Source: Prochlorococcus marinus str. NATL2A
Lineage (GTDB): Bacteria > Cyanobacteriota > Cyanobacteriia > PCC-6307 > Cyanobiaceae
Reading direction: 5' to 3'
Assembly: GCF_000012465.1 (NCBI RefSeq)
Contig: NC_007335.2
Coordinates: 150,001 to 182,000 of the forward strand
DNA length: 32,000 nt
The notes beneath the pieces are model-generated. The model searched no databases. It worked only from the letters and a program-made list of their open reading frames with translations, and was not told the origin of the DNA. Shown here one piece after another: positions 8,897-17,599 of the stretch (the stretch's first letter is position 1; each line of letters begins with the position of its first letter). The translations under genes were made by a program, and so were the position numbers.

Positions 8897-10357
8897 TTAA
8901 GCAACCGAAGGATTTTTTGCTAGTGAAACAGACTTTGAGAGCATTGCTGAAGCAGCAAGATGTCCGCTCATTGTTGCTCCTTCCATAGAGTCAATGTAGT
9001 CCTGTTTTGTGTAACTGCCTGCTAAGAAGAAATTACTAAAAGAAGTTTTTTGATCTGGTCTATATGGCTCCATTCCAGGAGCCTCTCTGTAGAGAGAATG
9101 AGAAACCTTGACCACATTGCTCCACAAAAGCTTTAAATCTCTTGAAGAAGGGAAAAGTGTCCTAACTTGTAAATCAGTATGTTTTACAAGTTCATCAGAG
9201 GACTTGGTGATCCATGGATCTCCAGGGGTTAAAACGCATTGCAGTAAAGAGCCCTGACCTTCTTTTTTATAGTCTTCTGGGCTTGATAAGGCTAAATCTG
9301 CAAAACAACTAAAATCAGCATCGGCTGTGTATAACAAGTTGTCTAAACCAGATGGATTGTTTAGGTTTTTTTGAGCTTGTTTATTATTGATCTCTGTTAC
9401 CCAGCCATCATATCTAAGTTGAACAGTCGCAACTGGAACAGCATCAAGCTTAAAAAGTAAGTCGAACTCTTTAAAACGTCTCCATGATCTAGGAATTATT
9501 CTTTTTATACCAGACACATCGCAAGCAGCTAGATATTTGTCTGCTTGAATTTTTTTTTCACCCTCGGGAGTTTGGAGAGTTATTCCAGTAACAGATGGAT
9601 GATCAGAGTCATCTGAATGAATTTCTTTAACAATATTTTCTAAGTGAAGTCTTCCGCCTCTTTGTTCAATGTAATCGAGTATTGGCTTAGTTAGCCATTT
9701 GTGGGGTGATCCCTTCAATAGGTTGAGCTTGGATGCCTCTGTCTTAGAAGCGAACATCATAAAGATGGTAAGCATGCATCTTGCAGAAATGGCTTCACAA
9801 TCAATGAATCCCAGCGCATATGCAATCGGATTCCACATCCTTTTGATACTATTTATGCTTCCTCCATGGTTCAGAAACCATTTTTGAAAGCTTATAGAAT
9901 CTAGTGATCGTATTGTTTTCATCGCACCCTCGTAGTCAATCAGCCCTCTTACTATCGGACTTGTTCCAAGTGCAAGAGCATTCCTTAGTTTGTCAATCCA
10001 ATTTAATTGAGGTGTAGTGAAGAAGGCTTTTAAGCCGTTAAAAGGAGCTCCCGCAAAAAATCTAAAATCAAGTGATTTAATGTCACCGCCCTTATTAACA
10101 AAAAGGTGAGTGTGGTCTTTTGGTAAAAGATTTTCAAACGCGCCTACTTTTCTCATTAATTCAAACAGATTTGCATAGTTGAAAAAGAAGACATGCAAAC
10201 CCATCTCTATGTGATTGCCATCGGAATCTTCCCAGCTTCCAACTTTGCCTCCCATAAAAGGTTTTGCTTCGTATAGGTCGACGTCATGTCCTTCATCAAC
10301 AAGGTCAACTGCAGCAGTTAATCCTGCTAAACCTGCACCTATTATTGCGATTTTCAC
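8897..10357 (-). CDS. crtQ: Zeta-carotene desaturase
   Basis: N-terminal FAD fold [19 protein letters not shown]...[10 protein letters not shown] and the overall 486-aa plant-type ZDS pattern. Confidence 0.9.
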   Translation of the reverse strand: MKIAIIGAGLAGLTAAVDLVDEGHDVDLYEAKPFMGGKVGSWEDSDGNHIEMGLHVFFFNYANLFELMRKVGAFENLLPKDHTHLFVNKGGDIKSLDFRFFAGAPFNGLKAFFTTPQLNWIDKLRNALALGTSPIVRGLIDYEGAMKTIRSLDSISFQKWFLNHGGSINSIKRMWNPIAYALGFIDCEAISARCMLTIFMMFASKTEASKLNLLKGSPHKWLTKPILDYIEQRGGRLHLENIVKEIHSDDSDHPSVTGITLQTPEGEKKIQADKYLAACDVSGIKRIIPRSWRRFKEFDLLFKLDAVPVATVQLRYDGWVTEINNKQAQKNLNNPSGLDNLLYTADADFSCFADLALSSPEDYKKEGQGSLLQCVLTPGDPWITKSSDELVKHTDLQVRTLFPSSRDLKLLWSNVVKVSHSLYREAPGMEPYRPDQKTSFSNFFLAGSYTKQDYIDSMEGATMSGHLAASAMLSKSVSLAKNPSVA

Positions 10358-10462
10358 TCGTTTAATTAGATGGATATACTAACTCTATGAATAAAAACTC
10401 TTTTTTGGCACTTTTAAAATCGAATATAATTAATAGAGTGTTATTAAAGTTCAGAAAAAACA

Positions 10463-10852
10463 ATGATTGAATCAAACGCACCGCCCACAACTCATAAAGC
10501 TCAAGATGGCAAAGGAGTTCTTATTACCACTCCTGCTTTGGATCAGTTGTCTAGACTTTGCAAAGAACAAGGCTCAGGGAAATTACTGAGAGTGGGAGTA
10601 CGTTCTGGAGGATGCAGTGGTATGAGTTACACAATGGACTTTGTGTCTGATGATGATATTCAAAAAGATGATGAAGTCTATGAATATTCAGTAGGCACAA
10701 GTTCTTTTAAAGTGATTTGTGATCCAAAGAGTCTTTTGTACATATATGGTATGCAGTTAGATTTCAGTACAGATTTAATTGGTGGAGGTTTTAACTTTAC
10801 TAATCCCAATGCGTCACAAACTTGTGGCTGTGGAAGTTCCTTTGCAGTTTAA
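10463..10852 (+). CDS. Iron-sulfur cluster assembly accessory protein (IscA/HesB/SufA type)
   Basis: GGCSGMSY and C-terminal CGCGSSF cysteine ligand motifs. Confidence 0.85.
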   Translation: MIESNAPPTTHKAQDGKGVLITTPALDQLSRLCKEQGSGKLLRVGVRSGGCSGMSYTMDFVSDDDIQKDDEVYEYSVGTSSFKVICDPKSLLYIYGMQLDFSTDLIGGGFNFTNPNASQTCGCGSSFAV

Positions 10853-10883
10853 CTTTAACTAAAAGAATTATTTTTAAATAACA

Positions 10884-11303
10884 ATGGATCAACCAGATGA
10901 AAGCCTTTTTGAAGAAGCCCTAAATCGTTATAAGGCTGGTTCACCAGCAGATGAATTGATTGAAGATTTTCAGAAAATAGCTTCTTCTACTCCAAATAAT
11001 GCTGCTGCATGGACATGCTTGTCTTGGTTGCAATTATTATGTGACTCGCCTCAGGAAGCCTTGCGCTCTGCTCGGTATGCAGTGAAACTTAACGGTCAAG
11101 ATCCGCAGTCAAGGATAAATTTGAGTCTTGCTTTGTTAGAAACTAATTCTAAAGGAGTTCGAGATCATATTGATTATGTCAAAAGAGCTATGCTGGTTCT
11201 TCCTGAATTAGAAAAAGAATTAAAAGAATCATTTGAAGATGGTCTTTCACGAAAACCTGATTGGAAAACGTTACTGAAAATAAAAAATTGGTTAGACCTT
11301 TGA
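10884..11303 (+). CDS. TPR-repeat protein
   Basis: 139 aa. TPR-like helical repeats (AAAWTCLSWLQLL...EALRSARYAVKLNGQDPQSRINLSLALL). Confidence 0.55.
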   Translation: MDQPDESLFEEALNRYKAGSPADELIEDFQKIASSTPNNAAAWTCLSWLQLLCDSPQEALRSARYAVKLNGQDPQSRINLSLALLETNSKGVRDHIDYVKRAMLVLPELEKELKESFEDGLSRKPDWKTLLKIKNWLDL

Positions 11304-11329
11304 TTTCTAAATAGATTCCAATAAAAATT

Positions 11330-12259
11330 TTAAGCTAATATTGATTTGAAAGCCTCATTAATCATGGGGAAATTGAATTTAAATTTGAGTTTATTTAATC
11401 TTTGAGTTTGTACATTTTGTCCCTCTAAAACTACACGAGCTCCATCTCCTAAAATTAACTTCAATATTGGCGCAGGAACTGCGAAAAGACTTGGTCTGCC
11501 GAGTACTTGACCAAGTGAATTAGAGAACTCATTCATTCGTACAGGATTGGGTGCAACACCATTAACGACACCTGACCAAGCAGAATTTTTCACACTTTCG
11601 TTAATAAGATTACAAAGATCTGTTCTATGTATCCAGCTCATCCATTGTTTTCCATCTCCTATAGGACCTCCAAGACCAGCTCTAAAAATGGGGAGCATTT
11701 TCCCAAGTGCTCCGCCATCTTTAGCTAATACGATTCCAATTCTCACAATTAAAAGACGAGTCGCTCTAGGTTTGTTTTTTGCACTAGATTCCCATTCTTT
11801 GCATAAATTTGCTAAAAAATCATCACCTTGAATATTCTCTTCAGTGAATTCAGTTTGAGGATTTGAACCATAGAAACCAATAGCTGAGGCATTAATAAGA
11901 ACTTTTGGGGGTTTTCTTAGATTCCGTAGGCTTTTAATCAGATTCTTTGTCGTCTCTATGCGACTATTTGTAATTTCTTTACAATGATCGGTAGTCCATC
12001 TTTTTTCAGCAATAGGTTCGCCAGCAAGATTGATAACCCCTTCGCAACTTTTAAGAGAGTTTTGAATTTCTTCTTTATCCCAAGACGAGGACTCAGCTGG
12101 ATTCATTTGTATGAAATTGATGTTTTGTTCATTAGGTATGGTTTGAATTTTTCCTTTTGATTGTCTCGATATGACTGTGAGGCTATGTCCTTCCTTAATG
12201 AGTAAAGGAATTAATTCTCTTCCGATAAAACCAGTACATCCAGTGAGTAGTAATTTCAT
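11330..12259 (-). CDS. TIGR01777 (YfcH-like) NAD-dependent epimerase family protein with DUF1731 C-terminus
   Basis: Rossmann motif LLTGCTGFIGREL, 309 aa, and C-terminal region LEGQNV.P.RL..LGF.F typical of the family. Confidence 0.75.
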   Translation of the reverse strand: MKLLLTGCTGFIGRELIPLLIKEGHSLTVISRQSKGKIQTIPNEQNINFIQMNPAESSSWDKEEIQNSLKSCEGVINLAGEPIAEKRWTTDHCKEITNSRIETTKNLIKSLRNLRKPPKVLINASAIGFYGSNPQTEFTEENIQGDDFLANLCKEWESSAKNKPRATRLLIVRIGIVLAKDGGALGKMLPIFRAGLGGPIGDGKQWMSWIHRTDLCNLINESVKNSAWSGVVNGVAPNPVRMNEFSNSLGQVLGRPSLFAVPAPILKLILGDGARVVLEGQNVQTQRLNKLKFKFNFPMINEAFKSILA

Positions 12260-12448
12260 GATTTCTCTAATCAGATTTGATCAGCTTAGAGGGATTTTGA
12301 TTAACTTATGGTGTTGATCCATCAAGAATATTTGCGTTATGGAATTTGCATTTAATTAATGAAACGATTTTTACCATTTTGTTTTAACTGCTATTCTTCA
12401 TTTAAATCTTTGAATTTAGTCATTAGTCTTTTTTATTAATTATTTAAA

Positions 12449-12712
12449 ATGTCTGAACAAACCGGAAAAGTAGATGATTCACAATCACCTCCAAAGGTAC
12501 AAAAGAAACTCAGAAAAGGAGATCTTGTAAAAGTTGATCGTGAAAAATATTCTAATAGCTTAGAATCTAAGGCAAGCGACACTAATCTGCCTGAATATAT
12601 TTTTCAAGGGCCTGGCGAAGTATTATTGATTAAAGGTGATTACTGTCAAGTTAGATGGAGAAGACCAGTCCCTGATGTTTGGATAAATTCTGATCATATA
12701 GTCTCATATTAA
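12449..12712 (+). CDS. ndhO: NAD(P)H-quinone oxidoreductase (NDH-1) subunit O
   Basis: KKGDLVKVDREKYSNSLESKASD...GPGEVLLIKGDYCQVRW matches the cyanobacterial NdhO core as I remember it. Confidence 0.75.
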   Translation: MSEQTGKVDDSQSPPKVQKKLRKGDLVKVDREKYSNSLESKASDTNLPEYIFQGPGEVLLIKGDYCQVRWRRPVPDVWINSDHIVSY

Positions 12713-12734
12713 TACATAATTAAAATTGAAACTA

Positions 12735-13385
12735 TCAGTGAAGCCATTCTTTTTTATTACTTTGTAAAAATTTCCTTTTTTTCTTAGCAAAAGCTATCAT
12801 TGCCTTTCCGTCATGAAGGTAATTGTCTACATAACCCATTGTGTAACGCTCTAATTCATTAATACCATCCTCTACATGTGATAAGCAATGATATAGATCC
12901 AAGCTGAAATCTCTTATGATTGAGGGACATGCAAAAGATGTATAAATTTTTTTAATCTTAGTTATTTTATTTTTACTTTGCTCTAGATAGAGGCAGAAAG
13001 AATCCATTAATATTTCATCATAAGGATCAGCTGATAAATCTCTTATTTTTGCACCCATAGGGTTAATTATCTGTCCTAATAATTTATCAATAGGGAGGTA
13101 TATATTCTGGAACCATTTTTTTAAATCTTCAGGTTTAGAGTGACTATTAGCTTCTCTTTTGTATTCATTCTGATTATACAGTTTTGAATTATTAACTTTA
13201 TTTAAATTCAGATCTTTATGTTTTTTCTTTAATATTTCCCACGCTGAGTTTACCTCGAGCATTACTGCTGAATTTCCTCCTTTGTCTGGATGATGTATTT
13301 TTACAAGTTTTCTGTATGCTTTTTTAATCTCTTCTAGTTTTGCGCTGGGATGAACTTTCAATATTTGATATGGGTCTTTGCTCAT
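12735..13385 (-). CDS. DnaJ (J-domain) protein
   Basis: N-terminal J domain DPYQILKVHPSAKLEEIKKAYRKLVKIHHPDKGG with the HPD motif. The C-terminal part is unassigned. Confidence 0.75.
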   Translation of the reverse strand: MSKDPYQILKVHPSAKLEEIKKAYRKLVKIHHPDKGGNSAVMLEVNSAWEILKKKHKDLNLNKVNNSKLYNQNEYKREANSHSKPEDLKKWFQNIYLPIDKLLGQIINPMGAKIRDLSADPYDEILMDSFCLYLEQSKNKITKIKKIYTSFACPSIIRDFSLDLYHCLSHVEDGINELERYTMGYVDNYLHDGKAMIAFAKKKRKFLQSNKKEWLH

Positions 13386-13405
13386 TGTTTAAAGATTATT
13401 TCTTT

Positions 13406-14374
13406 TTAGAGATACTCATTCCCTTTTACTGGCTTTGCGGGGATGGAAGTAAACATTGTTGTTGATAGATATCTTTCACCAAAACTAGGCAGAATAACAA
13501 TCAAGCGTTTATTCGCAAACTCAGGTTGATTTCCTACTTTTAAAGCAGCGGCTACTGCAGCACCACTGCTGACACCACTTAGCAATCCCTCTTCTTTGGC
13601 AAGTCTTCTGCCTATGTCCATTGCTTCATTATCATTGATTCTTATGACTTCATCAATTTGATTCATATCTAATACATTAGGAATGAAACCAGCCCCAATG
13701 CCTTGTATTGCATGAGATCCAGGATTCCCTCCGGACAGAACAGGGCTTGATGAAGGTTCTACTGCAAAAACCTTGATTTTTGGATTTTTTTGTTTTAAGA
13801 ATCTGGCACAACCTGTGATTGTTCCTCCTGTTCCCACTCCTGCAATTAATGCATCAAGTTTGCCTTCGCAATCTTCCCATATTTCTTCAGCGGTTGTTTT
13901 TTCATGAATTTCAGGATTGGATAAATTATCGAATTGCTGAAGCAAGTATGCATTAGGTATAGAGGCTACCAATTCCTTTGCCAGCTGAATAGCGCCTTGG
14001 ATTCCCTCTTGGCCAGGAGTTAGTTGAAGCTCTGCTCCAAATGCTCTTAACATGGAGCGACGTTCAGTACTCATTGTGTCAGGCATTGTAAGTATGAGCC
14101 GATAACCTTTTGCTGCCGCAACCATCGCTAATGCAATTCCTGTGTTTCCGCTAGTTGGTTCAACAAGAACAGTATGTCCAGGTTTGATAGTGCCCTCTTT
14201 TTCTGCTGACATCACCATTGCGCCAGCTATGCGGTCTTTTACGGATGCTGTGGGGTTAAAACTTTCTAATTTGGCTATAATTTCAGCCCTACAATCAAAT
14301 TCATTAGGCAATCGATTCAGTTTGACCAAAGGTGTTTGGCCAACTAAATAAGTTATGTCATTAGCAATGGGCAT
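13406..14374 (-). CDS. cysK: Cysteine synthase A (O-acetylserine sulfhydrylase)
   Basis: PLP lysine motif PTASVKDR, TSGNTG loop, GVGTGGTITG. Confidence 0.9.
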   Translation of the reverse strand: MPIANDITYLVGQTPLVKLNRLPNEFDCRAEIIAKLESFNPTASVKDRIAGAMVMSAEKEGTIKPGHTVLVEPTSGNTGIALAMVAAAKGYRLILTMPDTMSTERRSMLRAFGAELQLTPGQEGIQGAIQLAKELVASIPNAYLLQQFDNLSNPEIHEKTTAEEIWEDCEGKLDALIAGVGTGGTITGCARFLKQKNPKIKVFAVEPSSSPVLSGGNPGSHAIQGIGAGFIPNVLDMNQIDEVIRINDNEAMDIGRRLAKEEGLLSGVSSGAAVAAALKVGNQPEFANKRLIVILPSFGERYLSTTMFTSIPAKPVKGNEYL

Positions 14375-14511
14375 GGTCTTATTGTAAAAACTTGAATTAG
14401 TTTCGAGGCAAAAGTTATTTAATAATTCAATTCTTTTTTAATAATGCTTGAAAATTTGTTATTCAAAAGCTTTATTGGTCTTTTAGAGATATAAATAGGT
14501 GGAATAATTCT

Positions 14512-16083
14512 TTGATATTGACCGAGAGCATTTCCCACAACTGTAGGCCTCCAATTTTATGGATTTTTCTTTTTTGGACCATAGCTTGTGGAATTGCATT
14601 TGTCTCGCTGGGTAATTTGCCTTTAAGAGATTTTGATGAAGCAACTGTCGCACGAGTTGCATTGGAATTAAACCAAAAAAGCGGACTAGAACGATTGCTT
14701 CCTTCTATCTGGGATAAGCCCTATTTGAATAAACCCCCAGGATTGCATTGGATAATATCCTTTGCAATTGGAATTAGTAGAAATTTCCAAAATAATTTTG
14801 ATTTTTTACCCTCTGAGTTTTGTATAAGATTTTTCCCAGCACTGTTTTCGACTTTTGTTGTTCCATTGGGTGGGCTTATTCAGTGGAACTTGCGCCCTAA
14901 AGATCGAATAGCATGCATAACTACATCAGCAATTTTATTGACTTTGTTGCCAATTATTAGATATGGGAGAATGGCAATGTTGGATGGAACGCAGCTTAGT
15001 GCTATTGCACTTTTATGGTTTTGCTTATCATCTATAAAAAATAATAGGCCAACTAATTTTAATTTTTTAGGAGCTGGATTTACATGTAGTTTCATGCTTT
15101 TACTTAAAGCCCCTGTAATTATCCCTGCACTATTTGCATCTTTGTTACCTTTAATTTGGGAATATAAGTCAAAAAAATATTTTAATAATTTTTCATGGTC
15201 TTGGTTCTTCTATGGACTAATTCCAGGTTTTGCTTGGCATGTATGGAATTTCATTTCATATGGTTCAGGAGCTTTTTGGTTGTGGTGGGGAGATGGTGCA
15301 GGAAGAGTTTTATTTGAAAAAGGCTCAGGTAGCGAGCTAGGAGTTTTGGTACCAATAATTGAAATACTTGAAGGGGGATGGCCTTGGATTCTTCTATGGC
15401 CAATTGGTTTTTTATGGGCATGCTTCAGCCTTAATACTCGTTGGGGAGTTTGGGCTTTAAGTACTCAAATTATTATTTTAGGAAGTATTTTACCTCTGAA
15501 AATGCAACTTCCTTGGTATATTCATCCATTTTGGTTGCCCTTTGCTTTGGTATGTGGACCTCCAGTTTCTTGGTTAATTCACAGAGAAGAGAACGGTTAT
15601 ATTTTCGCTAGAAAAATCTTAAGAAAAATCCCATATATATTTTCTTTAATTGGACTATGCATATTTACTTTTTCTTTATTACTTAAGTTAAATATTTTCA
15701 ACTTTGGAGAAGGTTACTTTTATGCAATTTTCTTCATAAGTTTAGCTTGGTTTATTGGGGGATTATTATTGTCTAATTCAAGAAAGAATATTAGAAAAAT
15801 TGGTTTTATTGGATTGATTGTTGGAAGCATAATTGGCTTGTTCTTTTTTGTGAGTTCAAAATTTTGGTTATGGGAAATAAATGAAAATTGGGATGTAAGA
15901 CCTGTAGCTGAATTTATAGATGGCTTTCCTAATCAACAAATTTTTATTAGAAATAGCTTTGAGCGACCAAGTTTAAATTGGTATGCAAGAAAACAAATCA
16001 AAAGTTTTGACGAAGAAAATAAAACTAAATGCAAAGTACTTAAGAAAACTAATGCTTGGGATCTCTATACATGTAATGATTAA
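14512..16083 (+). CDS. Polytopic membrane glycosyltransferase, GT39/ArnT-PMT-like
   Basis: 523 aa with more than 10 hydrophobic segments. The N-terminal loop LRDFDEATVARVA is the D-E containing first periplasmic loop typical of GT-C enzymes. TTG start. Confidence 0.55.
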   Translation: MILTESISHNCRPPILWIFLFWTIACGIAFVSLGNLPLRDFDEATVARVALELNQKSGLERLLPSIWDKPYLNKPPGLHWIISFAIGISRNFQNNFDFLPSEFCIRFFPALFSTFVVPLGGLIQWNLRPKDRIACITTSAILLTLLPIIRYGRMAMLDGTQLSAIALLWFCLSSIKNNRPTNFNFLGAGFTCSFMLLLKAPVIIPALFASLLPLIWEYKSKKYFNNFSWSWFFYGLIPGFAWHVWNFISYGSGAFWLWWGDGAGRVLFEKGSGSELGVLVPIIEILEGGWPWILLWPIGFLWACFSLNTRWGVWALSTQIIILGSILPLKMQLPWYIHPFWLPFALVCGPPVSWLIHREENGYIFARKILRKIPYIFSLIGLCIFTFSLLLKLNIFNFGEGYFYAIFFISLAWFIGGLLLSNSRKNIRKIGFIGLIVGSIIGLFFFVSSKFWLWEINENWDVRPVAEFIDGFPNQQIFIRNSFERPSLNWYARKQIKSFDEENKTKCKVLKKTNAWDLYTCND

Positions 16084-16165
16084 ATCAAATATTACTATTA
16101 ACATATTTTTCACTTCTTCTTCTTTTATTTGTAAGAATAAATTAGTAATTAGGGTTTTTTAAAAA

Positions 16166-16426
16166 GTGTATTGTATTGAGCTTACTATTAAATTAAGTCC
16201 TATGCCTTTGGTAGTACAGAGAAAAGAGCATGGAGAGGCTAAGAGGCTTTACTCTGACGTAGTAGGTTCCATCGAAAATGGTAATCCAAGGCTCCTAGAA
16301 TTGACTTGCGAAAAGGTAGAAGATAAAAGAATTACTGTTCTCGTTAGCGAAATTACAGCTGTACAGATTTATGAAAAGACTAGTAGCAGCACTAGCAAAA
16401 GGCCTGGATTTTCACTCCAGAATTAA
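16166..16426 (+). CDS. Small conserved hypothetical protein, DUF3107-like pattern
   Basis: 86 aa with a GTG start (alternative ATG at 16202). The layout IELTIKL...[29 protein letters not shown]...RPGF resembles actinobacterial DUF3107 from memory. Unverified. Confidence 0.4.
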   Translation: MYCIELTIKLSPMPLVVQRKEHGEAKRLYSDVVGSIENGNPRLLELTCEKVEDKRITVLVSEITAVQIYEKTSSSTSKRPGFSLQN

Positions 16427-16449
16427 GAAAAAATAGGAGTCATTCAATT

Positions 16450-17136
16450 TTGAAACCCACCGCTTGGTCTGGCTATTTGGAATTTGATCAAGTCTCGTTT
16501 TCTTGGCCTAATGGAGTCAATGTTATTAATCAATGCTCCTTTTCAATTCTAAAACCTGGTTTGTGGATGCTTGTTGGTGAAAACGGAAGTGGTAAAAGCA
16601 CCTTGTTTCGCTTGATAAATGGAGGGATACGTCCTAAAAGCGGAAAAATTTTCTGCTCTCTTAGACCATCAATGGTTTATCAAAATCCAGACCATCAATT
16701 GCTTATGCCAACATGTAAAAGCGAGTTGATGCTTAGCGTTCCTAAAACCATTACTCAAACCAATCTATTGGATTTAATTCATTCAGCTCTTGAAAAAGTG
16801 GACTTGGGTGAAATGTTGGACAGGCCTATTCATACTTTAAGTGGTGGCCAAAAGCAGCGTTTAGCACTTGCTGGAGCAATTGTTAGCAATTCAAATTTAC
16901 TTTTACTTGATGAACCCACAGCTCTATTGGATCCTCAAAGTCAAAATTCAGTTTTGAAAGTTATGAAAAAATTGACAAGTTCCTCTGCTGATCCAATTAC
17001 AGCAATATGGGTTACTCATCGATTGGAAGAATTATATTTTTGTGATGGAGCGGCAATTGTTAAAAATGGAGCTATCAGCAATTGGAATTCTGGTTCAAAA
17101 GTGTTCCAAGAATTAAAATCACTTGCCCTTAGGTAG
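16450..17136 (+). CDS. ECF/CbiO-type ABC transporter ATP-binding protein (orphan; no permease adjacent)
   Basis: Walker A GENGSGKST, ECF-type Q-loop VYQNPDHQL, signature LSGGQKQRLALAGA, Walker B LLLLDEPTALLD, H-loop WVTHRL. TTG start. Confidence 0.8.
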   Translation: MKPTAWSGYLEFDQVSFSWPNGVNVINQCSFSILKPGLWMLVGENGSGKSTLFRLINGGIRPKSGKIFCSLRPSMVYQNPDHQLLMPTCKSELMLSVPKTITQTNLLDLIHSALEKVDLGEMLDRPIHTLSGGQKQRLALAGAIVSNSNLLLLDEPTALLDPQSQNSVLKVMKKLTSSSADPITAIWVTHRLEELYFCDGAAIVKNGAISNWNSGSKVFQELKSLALR

Positions 17137-17165
17137 CTGGCAAGGGTAAGTTCTTAATGTTGTAA

Positions 17166-17237
17166 TCCTCGGTAGCTCAGCGGTAGAGCGATCGGCTGTT
17201 AACCGATTGGTCGCAGGTTCGAATCCCGCCCGGGGAG
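17166..17237 (+). tRNA. trnN: tRNA-Asn (anticodon GTT)
   Basis: Manual cloverleaf fold. Acceptor TCCTCGG/CCGGGGA, D arm GCTC-AGCGGTA-GAGC, anticodon arm ATCGG-CTGTTAA-CCGAT, 5-nt variable loop, T arm GCAGG-TTCGAAT-CCCGC, discriminator G. No CCA is encoded. Confidence 0.95.
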
Positions 17238-17275
17238 TTTTTAATGCAAATGTAAATTTGTTTATCCATCAGAAT

Positions 17276-17336
17276 AGATTTGTTTTTTTTGAGTTTCAAA
17301 AAAATACTCCTTTATTTGAAAGATAAAAACAAATCT
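17276..17336. repeat. 12-bp perfect inverted repeat (AGATTTGTTTTT / AAAAACAAATCT) enclosing a T7-GAGTTTC-A7 hairpin
   Basis: Arms at 17276-17287 and 17325-17336. The inner stem is 17284-17290 / 17298-17304. Read directly from the sequence. It is AT-only, so chance occurrence is not negligible. Confidence 0.5.
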
Positions 17337-17599
17337 CATAAGAAATTCGTTAGCTTTTTTATCAAAGTTTTGAGAATTCCTTAACAGTAAGACCTTCGAA
17401 TCGGAAGACTTTCTAAAGACAGTGCAGCGACTTTTCACCTTTTCATGGATAAAAAGGTAGTGGTACTAATTGGTCTTGTCGATTACATCATGGAAAACCA
17501 AATTCTTCGAATTCTGCAATAAAAACAAAATTTTGAGAGAATCATAGAAATCTTTAGTAGTCGCTTTGTTGCGGGTACTTTTTAATTTGGCAATTATTA

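Noticed and set aside
11547-11831. 94-aa ORF antisense to the TIGR01777 epimerase-family gene
   Set aside because: It is a shadow ORF. The opposite strand encodes a full-length protein with a Rossmann motif.
12314-12325. TTGATCCATCAA near-palindrome upstream of ndhO
   Set aside because: It has only 5-bp arms around a non-palindromic CC centre, which is too weak to call an operator.
12359-12439. 26-codon sORF (MKRFLPFCFNCYSSFKSLNLVISLFY) just upstream of ndhO
   Set aside because: There is no supporting signal. It is more likely promoter/5' UTR sequence for ndhO, and ORFs of this length occur by chance.
14392-14430. 8-bp perfect inverted repeat TTGAATTA / TAATTCAA, plus further TTGAA/TTCAA half-sites, in the cysK / GT39 divergent spacer
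   Set aside because: It is short, AT-only and has a 23-nt spacer. My rough estimate is that such a match is not unlikely by chance in a 137-nt AT-rich region. It matches no regulator consensus I know (not GTA-N8-TAC).
17122-17144. 6-bp stem CTTGCC/GGCAAG enclosing the stop codon of the ABC ATPase, just before the tRNA
   Set aside because: It has a short stem, an 11-nt loop and no T-tract. It could aid tRNA 5' processing, but the evidence is insufficient to annotate it as a terminator.
17306-17311. ACTCCT in the tRNA-Asn/rpaA spacer, reminiscent of the Yfr1 sRNA core motif (ACUCCUCACAC)
   Set aside because: Only the first 6 nt match (the sequence continues TTTATT), and the flanking stem-loops expected for Yfr1 are absent.
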